This document shows positions 19,664 to 29,676 of a stretch of DNA of 64,000 bases, piece after piece. A program made the translations under genes and the position numbers. This DNA is from Candidatus Multivoradales bacterium. Lineage in GTDB: Bacteria; Acidobacteriota; Thermoanaerobaculia; Multivoradales; JAHEKO01. Location: NCBI GenBank assembly GCA_965223155.1, contig CBDCVR010000014.1:576001-640000 (forward strand), given 5' to 3'. The first letter of the stretch is position 1; each line of letters begins with the position of its first letter. Below the pieces are notes generated by a model. The model had not been told where the DNA came from. It made no database searches and saw only the letters and a list, made by a program, of their open reading frames with translations.

Positions 19664-22600
19664 AGCGAGCCGGGCGCGCCACGGCGCTGTTTTTCCCCGC
19701 CGTCCTGCTCTCCGGCGGCGCCGCTCTGGTTTATGAGGTCGTCTGGAGCCGGCAGCTCTCGGTTTTTCTGGGCATCACCCTCCACGCCCACGCCATCGTG
19801 CTCGCCGCCTTCATGGCCGGCTTGGCGCTGGGCAGCCGCTCCCTGGGAGCCCTCTGCGATCGCACCGAGCCGGAAGAGCGAGCCTCCTACCGATTGTTCG
19901 CCTCCATCGAGGGCGGGATCGCCGTCTACGGACTGGCTAGCGCCCTCGTCTTCCCCAAGCTGAGCGAGCTCTACGCCGGGCTAGCAGGAGCCGTTGGACC
20001 GGCGGGCACGATCGGCCACGGCACGCGGTTTCTGGTGGCGATCGTTGCCCTCGGGATCCCGACCTTCCTCATGGGCGGTACCCTGCCGGTGCTGGTGCGG
20101 GCGCGCCTGCTCCTATCGGCCAAGCCGGCCAAGTCGGCCAGATCGGCCAGATCGGCCAGATCGGCCAAGTCGGTCCGCTCGGACGATGGCCTGAAGCCAG
20201 AGGCCGACCCGGCCGAGACCGGCACGAACGCCGTGGCTTCGATCTACGCGGTCAACACCCTGGGCGCCGCCGGTGGGGCTCTTGCCGCCGGCTTTCTGCT
20301 CCTGCCCAAGCTGGGAACCACAGGGAGCCTGCTGGTGGCCGCGGCGGCCAACGGAGCCGTCGCCCTCTGGGCCTGGACACGGAGCCTGGCCGAAGCGAGC
20401 ACGGTGGCCAAGACCACGGCCGTACCCGGGGCAGCCAAGACGACTCACTCACCCGAATCGGTCCGGGCCGACGTCGGCCCGGCCGCTGGCGCCCAACGTC
20501 TCCTCGTGGCGCTTGCGGTTTTCGGCGGCAGCGCCCTCGCCCTGCAACTGGCCTGGACGCAGGCCCTGACCCACCTCGTCGGCGCCAGCGCCTACGCCAT
20601 GAGCCTGGTGCTCGCCACCTACCTGGCCGGTCTGGGCTTGGGCAGCTCGGGCGCCGGCCTGGTCGCAAGACTGTCCGGCCGCGCCGGCGGCTCGAAGGCG
20701 ATTCGCATTCAAACCTGGGCCGCTCTCCTTGCCGCCGCCGCGGCCTCGGCCGCCACCCTGGCGAGCCTTGCCGTCTTCGAGCGTTTGCCGGCGTTTCTGG
20801 TGCGCTCGTTTCGAGCCAATCCCGACTTCGAGCTCGTGCCGATCCTGACCGCCGGGCTGGGCGCGGCCGCGGCCATGCTGGCGCTACCGACCTTGCTCTT
20901 CGGCGCGCTGACGCCGCTCCTCCTCGAGCTCTACCGAAAACGGCAGACGGCCGGGGCTCTCGTCCGGCGGCCCGGCACCCGACCGATGACACAGCTCGTC
21001 GCCGAGCCGATCGTCCAACCGATCGGAGTCGCGCTCGCCGCCAACGCCGCGGGTACCACCCTGGGCGCCCTACTTGGCGGCTTCTGGCTGCTTCCGACCT
21101 TCGGGCTACAACGTACGATTCTGATCGGAGCCGCCGGCTTGGCGGTTTGTGCATGGCTCGTGGTCTCGAGCACGCAACCGTCGCAGCGCCGATCGCTGGC
21201 CCTGGCTGCGGTCCTGGTCGGCGGTTGGGCGATCGCGGCCTGGGCCCTTCCCGCCTGGAGCCCGGCCGTGGCGACCAGTGGTCCGTTCCTGAACGCCACC
21301 CGGTTGCTGGACGGACTGCCCGAAGACGGAACCGAGTCCGGGGCCGCCGCGCGCGCCGGCTTCAATCGCTGGCTCGACGAGCGCAGCTCGGTCGTCTTCT
21401 ACCGCGAAGGGGCCATCGGCTCGGTGGCGGTGCGAGACGTCGGCGAGGAACGCCTGCTGGTCATCAACGGCAAGACCGACGGTTCCCGGCTGGGGGACCG
21501 GCGTACCCAGCTAGCTCTCGGCCATCTGGCCGCCTTGCTAAGTCCCGACCCGGAGTCGGTGCTGCTGGTCGGGCTTGGCACAGGCATGACCGCGGCCGCC
21601 GTCGCCGCCCATGGCCGGGTCGCGCGCCTGGACGTGGTCGAGATCTCGCCCGAGGTCGTCGAAGCGTCCCGCTATTTCGGAGCCGAAAACCGCGGGATCC
21701 TGCTGGACGGCCGCCTCCGCCTCCACGCCGCCGACGCCAGAAACTACCTCCTGACCAGCGATCGGCGCTGGGACGTCATCATCTCCGAGCCCTCGAATCC
21801 CTGGATCACCGGCGTTGCCAACCTGTTCACCCGCGAGTACTTCGAACTGGCCGCCTCCCGGCTGGCGCCGGATGGACTGATGGCGCAGTGGATCCAAGGC
21901 TACGGCATGGCCCGCAGGGATCTACGAAGCCTCCTCGCGACCTTCGCCTCAGTCTTCGACGAGGTCACGGTCTGGTGCCCCCAGCCGGGCGACCTCGTGG
22001 TCATCGGCAGCAGCACTCCCCGGATGCTGGATCTGGAGCGTCTCGAGAAGGCCGCGATCACGCCGGCCGGCGTGCAGGATTTTCACGCCGGTTCCTGGGA
22101 TGGGCCCGACGCGCTCTTGCGGACATTTCTCCTACCGTCCGCCGACGCCCGGGAGTTCGCCAACGGCGCGCCGATCAACTCCGACGCACGGCCCCTGATC
22201 GAGTTCGGCGCGCCCCGAAATCTCTACCGGGAAACCACCATCCCCAACCTCAACGACCTTCTGGCCCAGAGTTCGGCCGAGGAAGTCCCGGTCCCGATCG
22301 CCCCAACGGACGCGTTTGGACTCGAAAGCTCGGAGGTGCCTCTCGAGGCTCGCATTCACGTGCGCTGGCGCGCGCTGGCGGTCGCCAATCCGACACCCCT
22401 ACCCTACTTCGGAGTCAGTCTGCGGCGGGTAGTCCGAGCCGGAACCGGCGAGGGGGCTCAGGAGATCGACGTCCGGACCGGCGACCCGGAGCACGTTGCC
22501 TCCCGCCTCGACACACTCTTGGGAAGCGCTATCGCCACCCTTCGTCCCGACCGGCTTGCGAGCGGCGAGGAGGCCACCACCGCCCTCGACGCTGGGGGCA

Positions 22601-22746
22601 CCGTCCTGGGCACCGCCTGGGCCTGCGCGCCGGCAAGCACCGAGCGGACACGGCACACCTACGCGGCCCTCGGGAGCGACGCCGCGGCCCTCGCGCTCCG
22701 GTCGCTGCGCTGCAGCCCCGCGCCCAGCCCTCGGTTCGGATCCTAG
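19660..22746 (+). CDS. Fused MFS-like membrane domain / spermidine synthase-like SAM-dependent transferase (~1028 aa)
   Basis: SGGAALVYEVVW, PTFLMGGTLP, YAVNTLGAAGG, INGKTDGS, VLLVGLGTGMT, DVIISEPSNPW, NLFTREYF. The GTG start overlaps the upstream TGA. Confidence 0.9.
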   Translation: MKRAGRATALFFPAVLLSGGAALVYEVVWSRQLSVFLGITLHAHAIVLAAFMAGLALGSRSLGALCDRTEPEERASYRLFASIEGGIAVYGLASALVFPKLSELYAGLAGAVGPAGTIGHGTRFLVAIVALGIPTFLMGGTLPVLVRARLLLSAKPAKSARSARSARSAKSVRSDDGLKPEADPAETGTNAVASIYAVNTLGAAGGALAAGFLLLPKLGTTGSLLVAAAANGAVALWAWTRSLAEASTVAKTTAVPGAAKTTHSPESVRADVGPAAGAQRLLVALAVFGGSALALQLAWTQALTHLVGASAYAMSLVLATYLAGLGLGSSGAGLVARLSGRAGGSKAIRIQTWAALLAAAAASAATLASLAVFERLPAFLVRSFRANPDFELVPILTAGLGAAAAMLALPTLLFGALTPLLLELYRKRQTAGALVRRPGTRPMTQLVAEPIVQPIGVALAANAAGTTLGALLGGFWLLPTFGLQRTILIGAAGLAVCAWLVVSSTQPSQRRSLALAAVLVGGWAIAAWALPAWSPAVATSGPFLNATRLLDGLPEDGTESGAAARAGFNRWLDERSSVVFYREGAIGSVAVRDVGEERLLVINGKTDGSRLGDRRTQLALGHLAALLSPDPESVLLVGLGTGMTAAAVAAHGRVARLDVVEISPEVVEASRYFGAENRGILLDGRLRLHAADARNYLLTSDRRWDVIISEPSNPWITGVANLFTREYFELAASRLAPDGLMAQWIQGYGMARRDLRSLLATFASVFDEVTVWCPQPGDLVVIGSSTPRMLDLERLEKAAITPAGVQDFHAGSWDGPDALLRTFLLPSADAREFANGAPINSDARPLIEFGAPRNLYRETTIPNLNDLLAQSSAEEVPVPIAPTDAFGLESSEVPLEARIHVRWRALAVANPTPLPYFGVSLRRVVRAGTGEGAQEIDVRTGDPEHVASRLDTLLGSAIATLRPDRLASGEEATTALDAGGTVLGTAWACAPASTERTRHTYAALGSDAAALALRSLRCSPAPSPRFGS
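20116..20169. repeat. 9-bp tandem repeat x6 (TCGGCCAGA/TCGGCCAAG), encoding SAK-PAK-SAR-SAR-SAR-SAK
   Basis: Read directly; in frame, in a loop between TM helices. Confidence 0.9.
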
Positions 22747-24074
22747 TCGCGGCGGGCTTCCAGGATCTTGAGAAAGGACCGGCTCTTGAGCTCCTGAATC
22801 GACAGTCCGCTGCTCTCGGCGGCGGTCTCGGGCGATACGGCGCCGCAGTTGAGCGCCCGCAGAAAGTAGTTGAGCAGGCCCTGGCCGGTGGCGGCGTCGT
22901 CGAAGACATCGCCCACGAGGGTCGCTTGGGCGGCCTGATCCACGAAATTCCGCAAACGGGTCCCGGCGGCTTCGAGGCCCTCCAAGAAGAAAGCGTAGAC
23001 CGCGGCGTATCGGGTGACGAGCTGCGCCGGATGGAGGTCCCAGCCCTGGTAGTAGCCGTGCTCGAGCGAGTGCCGCACATGTTGGTAGTGGAGCCGCCAG
23101 GCCGAGCGCACCGCATCCCGGTTCTCGGCTTCCTTGCCTGCCGTCAGAATCCCTCCCTCGCGCGCCCGGTGCGGCTCGACCGGCAGCACGTTGGTGGCGC
23201 CATCCGAGATCCAGATCCCGGTTCCGGCAAGCGCCACCTGCTGCACGTGCCGGGCGAAATCGCAGGCCGGGTGGGTCATGTGCTGGTACGCGGCAGTGAT
23301 CTGGACCGACGCGGTGTAGTCGTAGGTACCGAAGTGAGCGGCGACGCAGCGCCCGGCGGCGGCCTCGACCAGCGTCGAGATCGCCACCCGGCCGTCCGCC
23401 GCGAAGATGGACTGCGGTGTCTCGACCATGAGCTCGAGAACCAGGGAGCCTTCGGCCAAACCGGTCTCCTGCTCCAGCCGGGCCAGCGCCTCGACCAGGA
23501 CCTCGACCTGCGCCGGATGGGTGACCTTGGGCAAGGTCACGACAAAGTTCTCGGGCAGAGCGCCGTTGCCGGCCTCCACGGCCGCGCGCACGAACAGCTC
23601 GAGCGTCTTCAGGCTCCGCCGCTTCAGATCCTCGGTCAGCGGCTTGAGCCGAATCCCCAGAAACGGCGGCGCAGTTCCTTCCCGGCTTCCGGCCGCCGCC
23701 TCGGCCGCCGTACGCTCGGCGTCGGCGTCTTCTTCGTCGTCCGGCCGGTTGCCGTATCCATCCTCGAAATCGATTCGGAAGTCCTCGACCGGCTCGCGCT
23801 CGAGCTTGTCCAGAATCCGGGCGAAAACAGTCTCGAAAACCTCCGGGGCGCCGTCCCACTCCACCGCCGCGGCCAGCTCCTCCGCCGAGCCGGCATGACG
23901 GTCGAGCGCCGACCGCGCTAGCTGTCCCAGCCGCGCAGCCGTGCCGCGCTTGAAGATCTGGGCGCCGCCGTAGACCGTGTGCACCGGCTGGCGGCGATCG
24001 GCCTCCCCCGGATAGCGTTCCGCGACCGAGGCGTTGGCGCGGGCCAACCGCTCCAGAAGGTCATCGTATTCCAT
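22743..24074 (-). CDS. HpcH/HpaI aldolase/citrate-lyase-like protein (DUF6986 type)
   Basis: RQPVHTVYGGA, EDFRIDFEDGYG, VVTLPKV, ELMVETPQ, HFGTYDYTA, SDGATNVLP, GWDLHPAQL. Confidence 0.85.
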   Translation of the reverse strand: MEYDDLLERLARANASVAERYPGEADRRQPVHTVYGGAQIFKRGTAARLGQLARSALDRHAGSAEELAAAVEWDGAPEVFETVFARILDKLEREPVEDFRIDFEDGYGNRPDDEEDADAERTAAEAAAGSREGTAPPFLGIRLKPLTEDLKRRSLKTLELFVRAAVEAGNGALPENFVVTLPKVTHPAQVEVLVEALARLEQETGLAEGSLVLELMVETPQSIFAADGRVAISTLVEAAAGRCVAAHFGTYDYTASVQITAAYQHMTHPACDFARHVQQVALAGTGIWISDGATNVLPVEPHRAREGGILTAGKEAENRDAVRSAWRLHYQHVRHSLEHGYYQGWDLHPAQLVTRYAAVYAFFLEGLEAAGTRLRNFVDQAAQATLVGDVFDDAATGQGLLNYFLRALNCGAVSPETAAESSGLSIQELKSRSFLKILEARRD

Positions 24075-24280
24075 GCGCCAATAGTGGCACTTCGCGGACG
24101 TTTCTGCATCTGTTCGTGGCTCCTGGCCGGCGTACTTTCACATTGCGGCAGCCACTGAGAGCGGCCTTGGAATCGAAGCTGGAATCCAATCCCTGCGGCT
24201 CGCCGGACACCCTTCGCTACGGCTCGACGGCGCCCTTCACGACTTCCTCGAAGGCGGCCCCGCCAAGGTAGACTACGCTG

Positions 24281-25072
24281 ATGACCGAGCCGAGCCTGGA
24301 GGGACGCGTCGCCCTGGTGACCGGTGCGAGCTCCGGGCTTGGGCTCGCGGCCGCGCGGGCCCTGGCCGAGCGCGGCGCGAAAGTAGCGATCTCGAGCCGC
24401 GGCGGGGACAAGCTCGAAGGCGCCGAGCGGGCTCTGACAGACGTCGCCGCCGAGGCGATCGCTCTTCCAGCCGACGTCCGCGAAGCCGAGGAGCTGGAGG
24501 AGCTCGTTTCGAAGACCGAGGAAGTCTTGGGACCGGTCGACATCCTGGTACCAAACGGTGGTGGTCCTCGCGTGAAGCCGGCCGCCGAGCTCGACGATAC
24601 GGACTGGCACGACGCCTTCCCGCTGGTCTTTCTTTTCATCCCGCGTTTGTGCCGGCTGGTTTTACCCGGAATGCAGCGGCGCGGCTGGGGGCGGATCGTG
24701 GCGATCAACTCGGTCTCGGCCAAGCAGCCGATTCCGGAACTCGCTCTGTCCAACACCTTCCGGCCGGCTGTCCTCGGCTACTTGAAGACCCTGGCGCTCG
24801 AGGTCGTCCAAGACGGCGTTACGGTGAACGCCGTTCTGCCCGGCTACACCCGAACCGAACGGCAAGTCGAGATCGCAGAAGGCGTCGCGGAGCAGCGCGG
24901 CGTGGAGGTCGAGGAGGTGCTGGCCGAGCGTAGCGCCGAGTTCCCCATGGGCCGCATGGCCGAGCCCGAGGAGGTCGGCAAGGTAATCGGCTTCTTGTGC
25001 AGCCCGGCGGCCTCGTACATCACCGGACAGGCCGTGAGCGTCGACGGCGGCTACGTCAAGGGCCTGCTCTAG
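24281..25072 (+). CDS. Short-chain dehydrogenase/reductase
   Basis: [45 protein letters not shown]. Confidence 0.93.
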   Translation: MTEPSLEGRVALVTGASSGLGLAAARALAERGAKVAISSRGGDKLEGAERALTDVAAEAIALPADVREAEELEELVSKTEEVLGPVDILVPNGGGPRVKPAAELDDTDWHDAFPLVFLFIPRLCRLVLPGMQRRGWGRIVAINSVSAKQPIPELALSNTFRPAVLGYLKTLALEVVQDGVTVNAVLPGYTRTERQVEIAEGVAEQRGVEVEEVLAERSAEFPMGRMAEPEEVGKVIGFLCSPAASYITGQAVSVDGGYVKGLL

Positions 25073-25073
25073 G

Positions 25074-26534
25074 ATGACCGACGTCCCCTGGTGGGGCCAG
25101 AGCTGGAACGACGCGCCCCCAGAAGCGCTCAAGCTGAGCGTCGTCGTTCCGGTCTACAACGAACGCTACCTGGCCGGCGCGCTCCTCAATCGCCTCTTCG
25201 ATATCGAGCTGGAAGGAGTCTCGGAGCTCGAGGTTCTGGTGGTAGACGACGGCTCGACCGACGGCACTCGGGAGATCCTGGCCCGAATAGACCGCGAACG
25301 GCCACGGATGCGGCTCTTCCTCCAGGAGCAGAACCAGGGCAAGGGGGCCGCCATCCGAAGAGGCATCGCCGAAGCCACCGGCGATCTGATCGTGATTCAG
25401 GACGCCGATCTGGAGTACGACCCGCGCGACCTGGCAAGACTCGTTCGGCCGTTCCTGGAGTCAGGAGCTGACGTCGTCTACGGCTCGCGCTTCTTGGCCG
25501 GCGGCTCCCGCCGGGTTCTGTATTTCAAGCACGAGCTCGGCAACCGGCTCATCACCTTCTTGAGCAACTGGTTCACCGACCTCAACCTGACCGATGTCGA
25601 AACCTGTTACAAGATGTTCCGCTCCCGGCTGCTGCAATCGTTGCCGTTGCGGTCCAACGACTTCGCCATCGAGATCGAGCTCACCGCCAAGGCGGCGAAA
25701 CGAGGCTGGTCCATCTACGAAGTGCCCATCAGCTACCACGGCCGCACCTATGAGGAAGGCAAGAAGATCGGCCTGCGCGACGCATTCGCCGCTCTGTGGG
25801 CGATTCTCAAGTTCTGGCTCGTGGACGATCTCTACAAGGACGACGCCTGGGGCGGAACCATCCTCCACAACCTGGAGAGAGCGCATCGCTTCAACAGTTG
25901 GATGGCCGCCGCCATCACGCCCTGGGTCGGGAGCCGCGTGCTCGAGATCGGCGCCGGCATCGGCAACATCACTCGCCGGCTGATCCCGCGCGATCACTAC
26001 GTGGCAAGCGACCTCAACGAGAACTACCTGCACTTCCTGAGCAACTATTCGGGCGGCAAGCCCTATCTCGAAGTTGCCCGGGTGGACCTAGACAACGCGA
26101 CCGATTTCGCCTCGCTTCAAGGCACGGTCGACACCGTCGTCTGCCTGAATGTGCTCGAGCACGTGGCCGATCCGCTGGCCTCGCTCCGGAACATGCACTC
26201 GGCTCTTGCTCCGGGCGGCCGCTTGGTGCTCTACGTGCCCCAGGGCCAGTGGCTCTACTCGAGCCTCGACGAAGCCCTCGAGCATCGCTGCCGCTACGAC
26301 CAGGACATGCTGCGGCGGGAGTTCGAGGCCACCGGTTTCGAAGTCGAAGAGCTCCGATCCTTCAACAAGGCCGGCGTGCCCGGCTGGTTCTGGAACGGCA
26401 AGATCCGGCGCAGCCGCGATTTCGGCCGGCTTCAGCTCAAGATCTTCGACGCCATGGTTCCCCTGCTCCGCAGGGTCGACCGATTCTTCCCCTGGTCCGG
26501 CCTGGGGCTGATCGCGGTCGGCCGCAAGATCTAG
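25074..26534 (+). CDS. GT2 (DPM1-like) glycosyltransferase fused to a class I SAM-dependent methyltransferase
   Basis: [34 protein letters not shown]; C-terminal VLEIGAGIG and CLNVLEHV. Confidence 0.92.
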   Translation: MTDVPWWGQSWNDAPPEALKLSVVVPVYNERYLAGALLNRLFDIELEGVSELEVLVVDDGSTDGTREILARIDRERPRMRLFLQEQNQGKGAAIRRGIAEATGDLIVIQDADLEYDPRDLARLVRPFLESGADVVYGSRFLAGGSRRVLYFKHELGNRLITFLSNWFTDLNLTDVETCYKMFRSRLLQSLPLRSNDFAIEIELTAKAAKRGWSIYEVPISYHGRTYEEGKKIGLRDAFAALWAILKFWLVDDLYKDDAWGGTILHNLERAHRFNSWMAAAITPWVGSRVLEIGAGIGNITRRLIPRDHYVASDLNENYLHFLSNYSGGKPYLEVARVDLDNATDFASLQGTVDTVVCLNVLEHVADPLASLRNMHSALAPGGRLVLYVPQGQWLYSSLDEALEHRCRYDQDMLRREFEATGFEVEELRSFNKAGVPGWFWNGKIRRSRDFGRLQLKIFDAMVPLLRRVDRFFPWSGLGLIAVGRKI

Positions 26535-26590
26535 CGGCCGAAGCTCGGCTGATTCTTGTCGCTGGCCTTCGATGCGAGGGCCGGCTTCTC

Positions 26591-27061
26591 CTACCAGGAG
26601 CGCCAATCGTCGCCGGCGAGGCCTTCTTCGGCGGGTGCGACGGCCGGAGGTTCCGAGTCGGGCTTCGACGGCTTCTCGCTCTTCGGCGGCCGCGTCCGCT
26701 TCGCGGGCCGAGCATTCTTGCCACTCGATGGACTCTCGACCGGGCTCCGTCGTTGGGCAGCCGCCCGCGCCCGCCGTCGTGCCTTGGGCGCTCCGAGAGC
26801 CTCCAAGAGACGCAACGGGTTCTCGAGAGCCGGGGGCTGGAGTTCGTAGTAGCGCTCGCGGCCTTTCTGAGTCTCCGCCAGCAGACCGCACTCGCGCAAC
26901 ACCCGCAGGTGCTTCGAAACCGCCGGCCGCGAGATGCCGGGAAACCGGGCCGCGATCATTCGCACCGGCAGCGGCCCTTCGGTCAGAAGCGTCAGGATCT
27001 CGCGCCGGGTCGGATCCGCCAGTCCGCGAAACGGATCGGAGCGATCGGCTCTGGGTGGCAT
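26591..27061 (-). CDS. ArsR/SmtB-family regulator with a low-complexity C-terminal tail
   Basis: FRGLADPTRREILTLL, ISRPAVSKHLRVLRECGLL, GRERYYEL. Confidence 0.9.
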   Translation of the reverse strand: MPPRADRSDPFRGLADPTRREILTLLTEGPLPVRMIAARFPGISRPAVSKHLRVLRECGLLAETQKGRERYYELQPPALENPLRLLEALGAPKARRRARAAAQRRSPVESPSSGKNARPAKRTRPPKSEKPSKPDSEPPAVAPAEEGLAGDDWRSW

Positions 27062-27067
27062 GGGGTG

Positions 27068-27102
27068 ATTCTAGAAAACTATCGGGTAACTTTCCAGTTA
27101 CC
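27068..27102 (-). promoter_or_regulatory. ArsR promoter (-10 TAGAAT, 6 nt before the ATG) and 7-4-7 operator GGTAACT-TTCC-AGTTACC (27085-27102)
   Basis: Perfect inverted repeat in an AT-richer patch, placed over the expected -35/spacer region. Confidence 0.7.
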
Positions 27103-27180
27103 TAACTTGGGACTTCAATCTCGGGCCGTTCTCGAAGAGCTTCAGTCGCACGCGTGGCTGGCAACCGGGCCTGCCCGCTG

Positions 27181-27245
27181 ACTGGGTGCCACTCGGTGCC
27201 GCTCGGTGCCAGGCTCGCAGCCGACTCAGAGCAGGCTCGCAGCCG
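27181..27245. repeat. Intergenic repeats: (RCTSGGTGCC)x3, then CAGGCTCGCAGCCG x2
   Basis: Read directly from the sequence. Confidence 0.7.
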
Positions 27246-27359
27246 GGCCTCTCGATGGCACTTCGCTCACGGCCCTGCCGCTCTCGACGCCCACCTCGGT
27301 TCGCCGGATGACCCGACGACAGCCTCGCGCCTCGGATACGATCTTGTCGGAGGATCTTC

Positions 27360-28082
27360 ATGAGCCAAGACGACAAGCCTGAGATCTATTTTCGCCAACT
27401 CCTGGCCGGCCGCCAGGTCGCCCGCGACAGTCTCGCGGCGCATCAGATGGCGAATTTCATGTACGTGATTGGAGACCCCGTCACGCGTGAAGCGATGATC
27501 GTGGATCCGGCCTGGGACGTCGCCGGACTGGCCGAGACTGCCCGTGCCGACGGGTACACGCTGACCGGCGCCCTCGTCACCCACTACCATCCAGACCACG
27601 TCGGCGGCGATCTCTGGGGGCTCTCGGTCGATGGCCTGGCGACGCTCATGACCGAGCAACCGGTACCGGTGTACGTCAACAAGAACGAAGGTGACGGCCT
27701 CAAGGTCGTGACCGGCCTGGCGGAATCAGATCTCCGGAGAGTCGATAGCGACGAGGTCGTGACCATCGGCGAGATCCCGGTCCGGTGCCTCCATACGCCG
27801 GGACACACGCCGGGCAGCCAGTGCTTCCTGATCGGTGACCGGCTGGTGGCCGGCGACACGCTCTTCGTCCAGGCTTGCGGCCGGGTCGACTTGCCTGGCG
27901 GCGACCCGGATGCCATGTACCACAGCCTGACTCAGAAGCTGGCCAAGCTGCCGCCCCAGACGGTCCTTTACCCCGGGCACAACTACGGCCCAGCCGAAAC
28001 GTCAACCATCGGCGCCGAGCTCGAACAGAACACCTATCTCCGCATCCGCGGCCTCGAAGACTGGCGACGCCTCATGAGCTAG
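27360..28082 (+). CDS. MBL-fold metallo-hydrolase (glyoxalase II-like)
   Basis: THYHPDHVGG, HTPGHTPGS, GDTLF, YPGHNYG. Confidence 0.92.
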   Translation: MSQDDKPEIYFRQLLAGRQVARDSLAAHQMANFMYVIGDPVTREAMIVDPAWDVAGLAETARADGYTLTGALVTHYHPDHVGGDLWGLSVDGLATLMTEQPVPVYVNKNEGDGLKVVTGLAESDLRRVDSDEVVTIGEIPVRCLHTPGHTPGSQCFLIGDRLVAGDTLFVQACGRVDLPGGDPDAMYHSLTQKLAKLPPQTVLYPGHNYGPAETSTIGAELEQNTYLRIRGLEDWRRLMS

Positions 28083-28131
28083 GTGAGCTGACGCGGCGCC
28101 GGACGGGCTGGAGGACCGAGGGGCCGCCGCC

Positions 28132-28902
28132 TCAGAACCGCAGGTGCTTGACGGTCAGGCCCTCGTCGATGAGCTGCTTGAGCGAGTCAATGCCGATCTC
28201 GAGGTGGCGGCCCACGAACACCTCGGTTACGCGGCGGTCGCTGGCTTCGGTCTTGACCCCCTCGGGGACCATGGGCTGGTCGGAGACCAGGAGCAGCGCT
28301 CCGGCCGGAATCTTGTTGGCGAAAGCCACGGAAAAGACGGTCGCGGTCTCCATGTCGATGGCCATGGCCCGAATGCGCCGCAGGTACTTCTTGAAATCGA
28401 CGTCGTGCTCCCAGACTCGGCGATTCGTCGAGTAGACCGTGCCGGTCCAGTAGTCGAAATCGGCATCCCGAATGGTCGTTGAGATGGCCTTCTGGAGAGC
28501 GAAGGCCGGGAGAGCCGGCACTTCCTCCGGGAAGTAATCGTTGGAGGTACCCTCGCCCCGGATCGCGGCGATCGGCAGGATGAGATCGCCGAGCTGATTC
28601 TTCTTCTTGAGCCCGCCGCACTTGCCCAGGAACAGGCACGCCTTGGGCCGCACCGCGCTCAGAAGATCCAGCACCGTCGCCGCGTTGGCGCTGCCCATGC
28701 CGAAGTTGACGATGGAGATGCCGTCGGCGGTCGCATTGGGCATCGGTCGATCTCGGCCCTCGACCGGCACGCCGTAGCGCTTGGCAAAGCGTTCCACGTA
28801 GTCGGTGAAATTGGTCAGAAGAACGTAGGCGCCAAAATCCTCCAACGCCACCCCTGTGTAGCGCGGCAGCCAGTTCTTGACGATGGCGTCCTTCTTGTCC
28901 AC
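28132..28902 (-). CDS. amn: AMP nucleosidase, short (PNP/UDP-family) form; GTG start at 28902
   Basis: KNWLPRYTG, YVLLTNF, NFGMGSANAAT, FLGKCGG, AAIRGEGTSNDY, TNRRVWE, AIDMETAT, LLLVSDQP. Confidence 0.9.
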   Translation of the reverse strand: MDKKDAIVKNWLPRYTGVALEDFGAYVLLTNFTDYVERFAKRYGVPVEGRDRPMPNATADGISIVNFGMGSANAATVLDLLSAVRPKACLFLGKCGGLKKKNQLGDLILPIAAIRGEGTSNDYFPEEVPALPAFALQKAISTTIRDADFDYWTGTVYSTNRRVWEHDVDFKKYLRRIRAMAIDMETATVFSVAFANKIPAGALLLVSDQPMVPEGVKTEASDRRVTEVFVGRHLEIGIDSLKQLIDEGLTVKHLRF

Positions 28903-28931
28903 GAGCGGATTCAGCCTACCAGAAACGAATT

Positions 28932-28962
28932 GAAACACTCGTTTGATTTAAACGTACGTTCC
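28932..28962. promoter_or_regulatory. Tandem PsrA-type operators GAAAC-ACTC-GTTTG and TAAAC-GTAC-GTTCC
   Basis: Match the (C/G)AAAC-N2-4-GTTT(G/C) PsrA box; lie upstream of a PsrA-like TetR gene; TAGGAT -10 box at 28966-28971. Confidence 0.7.
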
Positions 28963-28980
28963 ATCTAGGATCAAGCCACG

Positions 28981-29676
28981 ATGACACCCGAGGCCCAGAC
29001 GTCCCCAAACACCCAGCTCGAGCCGACCTCCTCGGAGGCGGACACCAAGACCAGTCTGCTCGACGCCGCAGAGAAGCTCTTCGCCGCCTTAGGGGTCGAG
29101 CGGGCCTCGCTTCGAGCGATCACGCAAGAGGCCGGCGCCAACCTCGCGGCCGTGCACTATCACTTTGGCTCCAAGGAAGGGCTTGTGCGCGAAGTCTTTG
29201 CCCGCCGGCTGGCGCCTCTCAACCGTGACCGGCTCGAGATGTTGGACGAGGTCGAGCGCCGCTACCCGGTCACACCGCCGCTGCGCGAGGTCCTGACCGC
29301 CTTTCTGGAACCGGCGCTGCGCATGATCCAGCGCGAGCGCGGCGGCCATGAGTTCGCCCGCTTTGTCTGCCGTACGTTTTCCGAAGCGGACGACGCCAAT
29401 CGGACGCTCGTCCTGGAACAGTTTCGCGAGGTCGCCGCGCGCTTTCACAAGGCCCTCGGGGCGGCACTGCCCGAGCTGCCCGCCGCCGACCTCTTCTGGC
29501 GCTTCCACTTCATGGTCGGCTCGATGGTCCACACCGCCGGCTTGGGCTATCTGGTCCATCACACGTCGGACGGCTTGTGCGATCCCATGGACGTTGACGG
29601 CGCGGTTCAGCGCCTGACCGACTTCCTGGAAGGCGGTTTTTCGAGCCCGTCCTCGGTTCCCGGAGAGCCCCAATGA
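28981..29676 (+). CDS. TetR-family regulator, PsrA-like
   Basis: LLDAAEKLFA...SLRAITQEAGANLAAVHYHFGSKEGL; C-terminal FWRFHFMVG. Confidence 0.92.
   Translation: MTPEAQTSPNTQLEPTSSEADTKTSLLDAAEKLFAALGVERASLRAITQEAGANLAAVHYHFGSKEGLVREVFARRLAPLNRDRLEMLDEVERRYPVTPPLREVLTAFLEPALRMIQRERGGHEFARFVCRTFSEADDANRTLVLEQFREVAARFHKALGAALPELPAADLFWRFHFMVGSMVHTAGLGYLVHHTSDGLCDPMDVDGAVQRLTDFLEGGFSSPSSVPGEPQ

Noticed and set aside
21147-23921. 924-aa ORF, and similarly the long ORFs 43413..45734, 49119..51113, 47102..48598 and 59356..61581
   Set aside because: Arg/Pro/Gly-rich off-frame or antisense shadows of well-supported genes, as expected in high-GC DNA.
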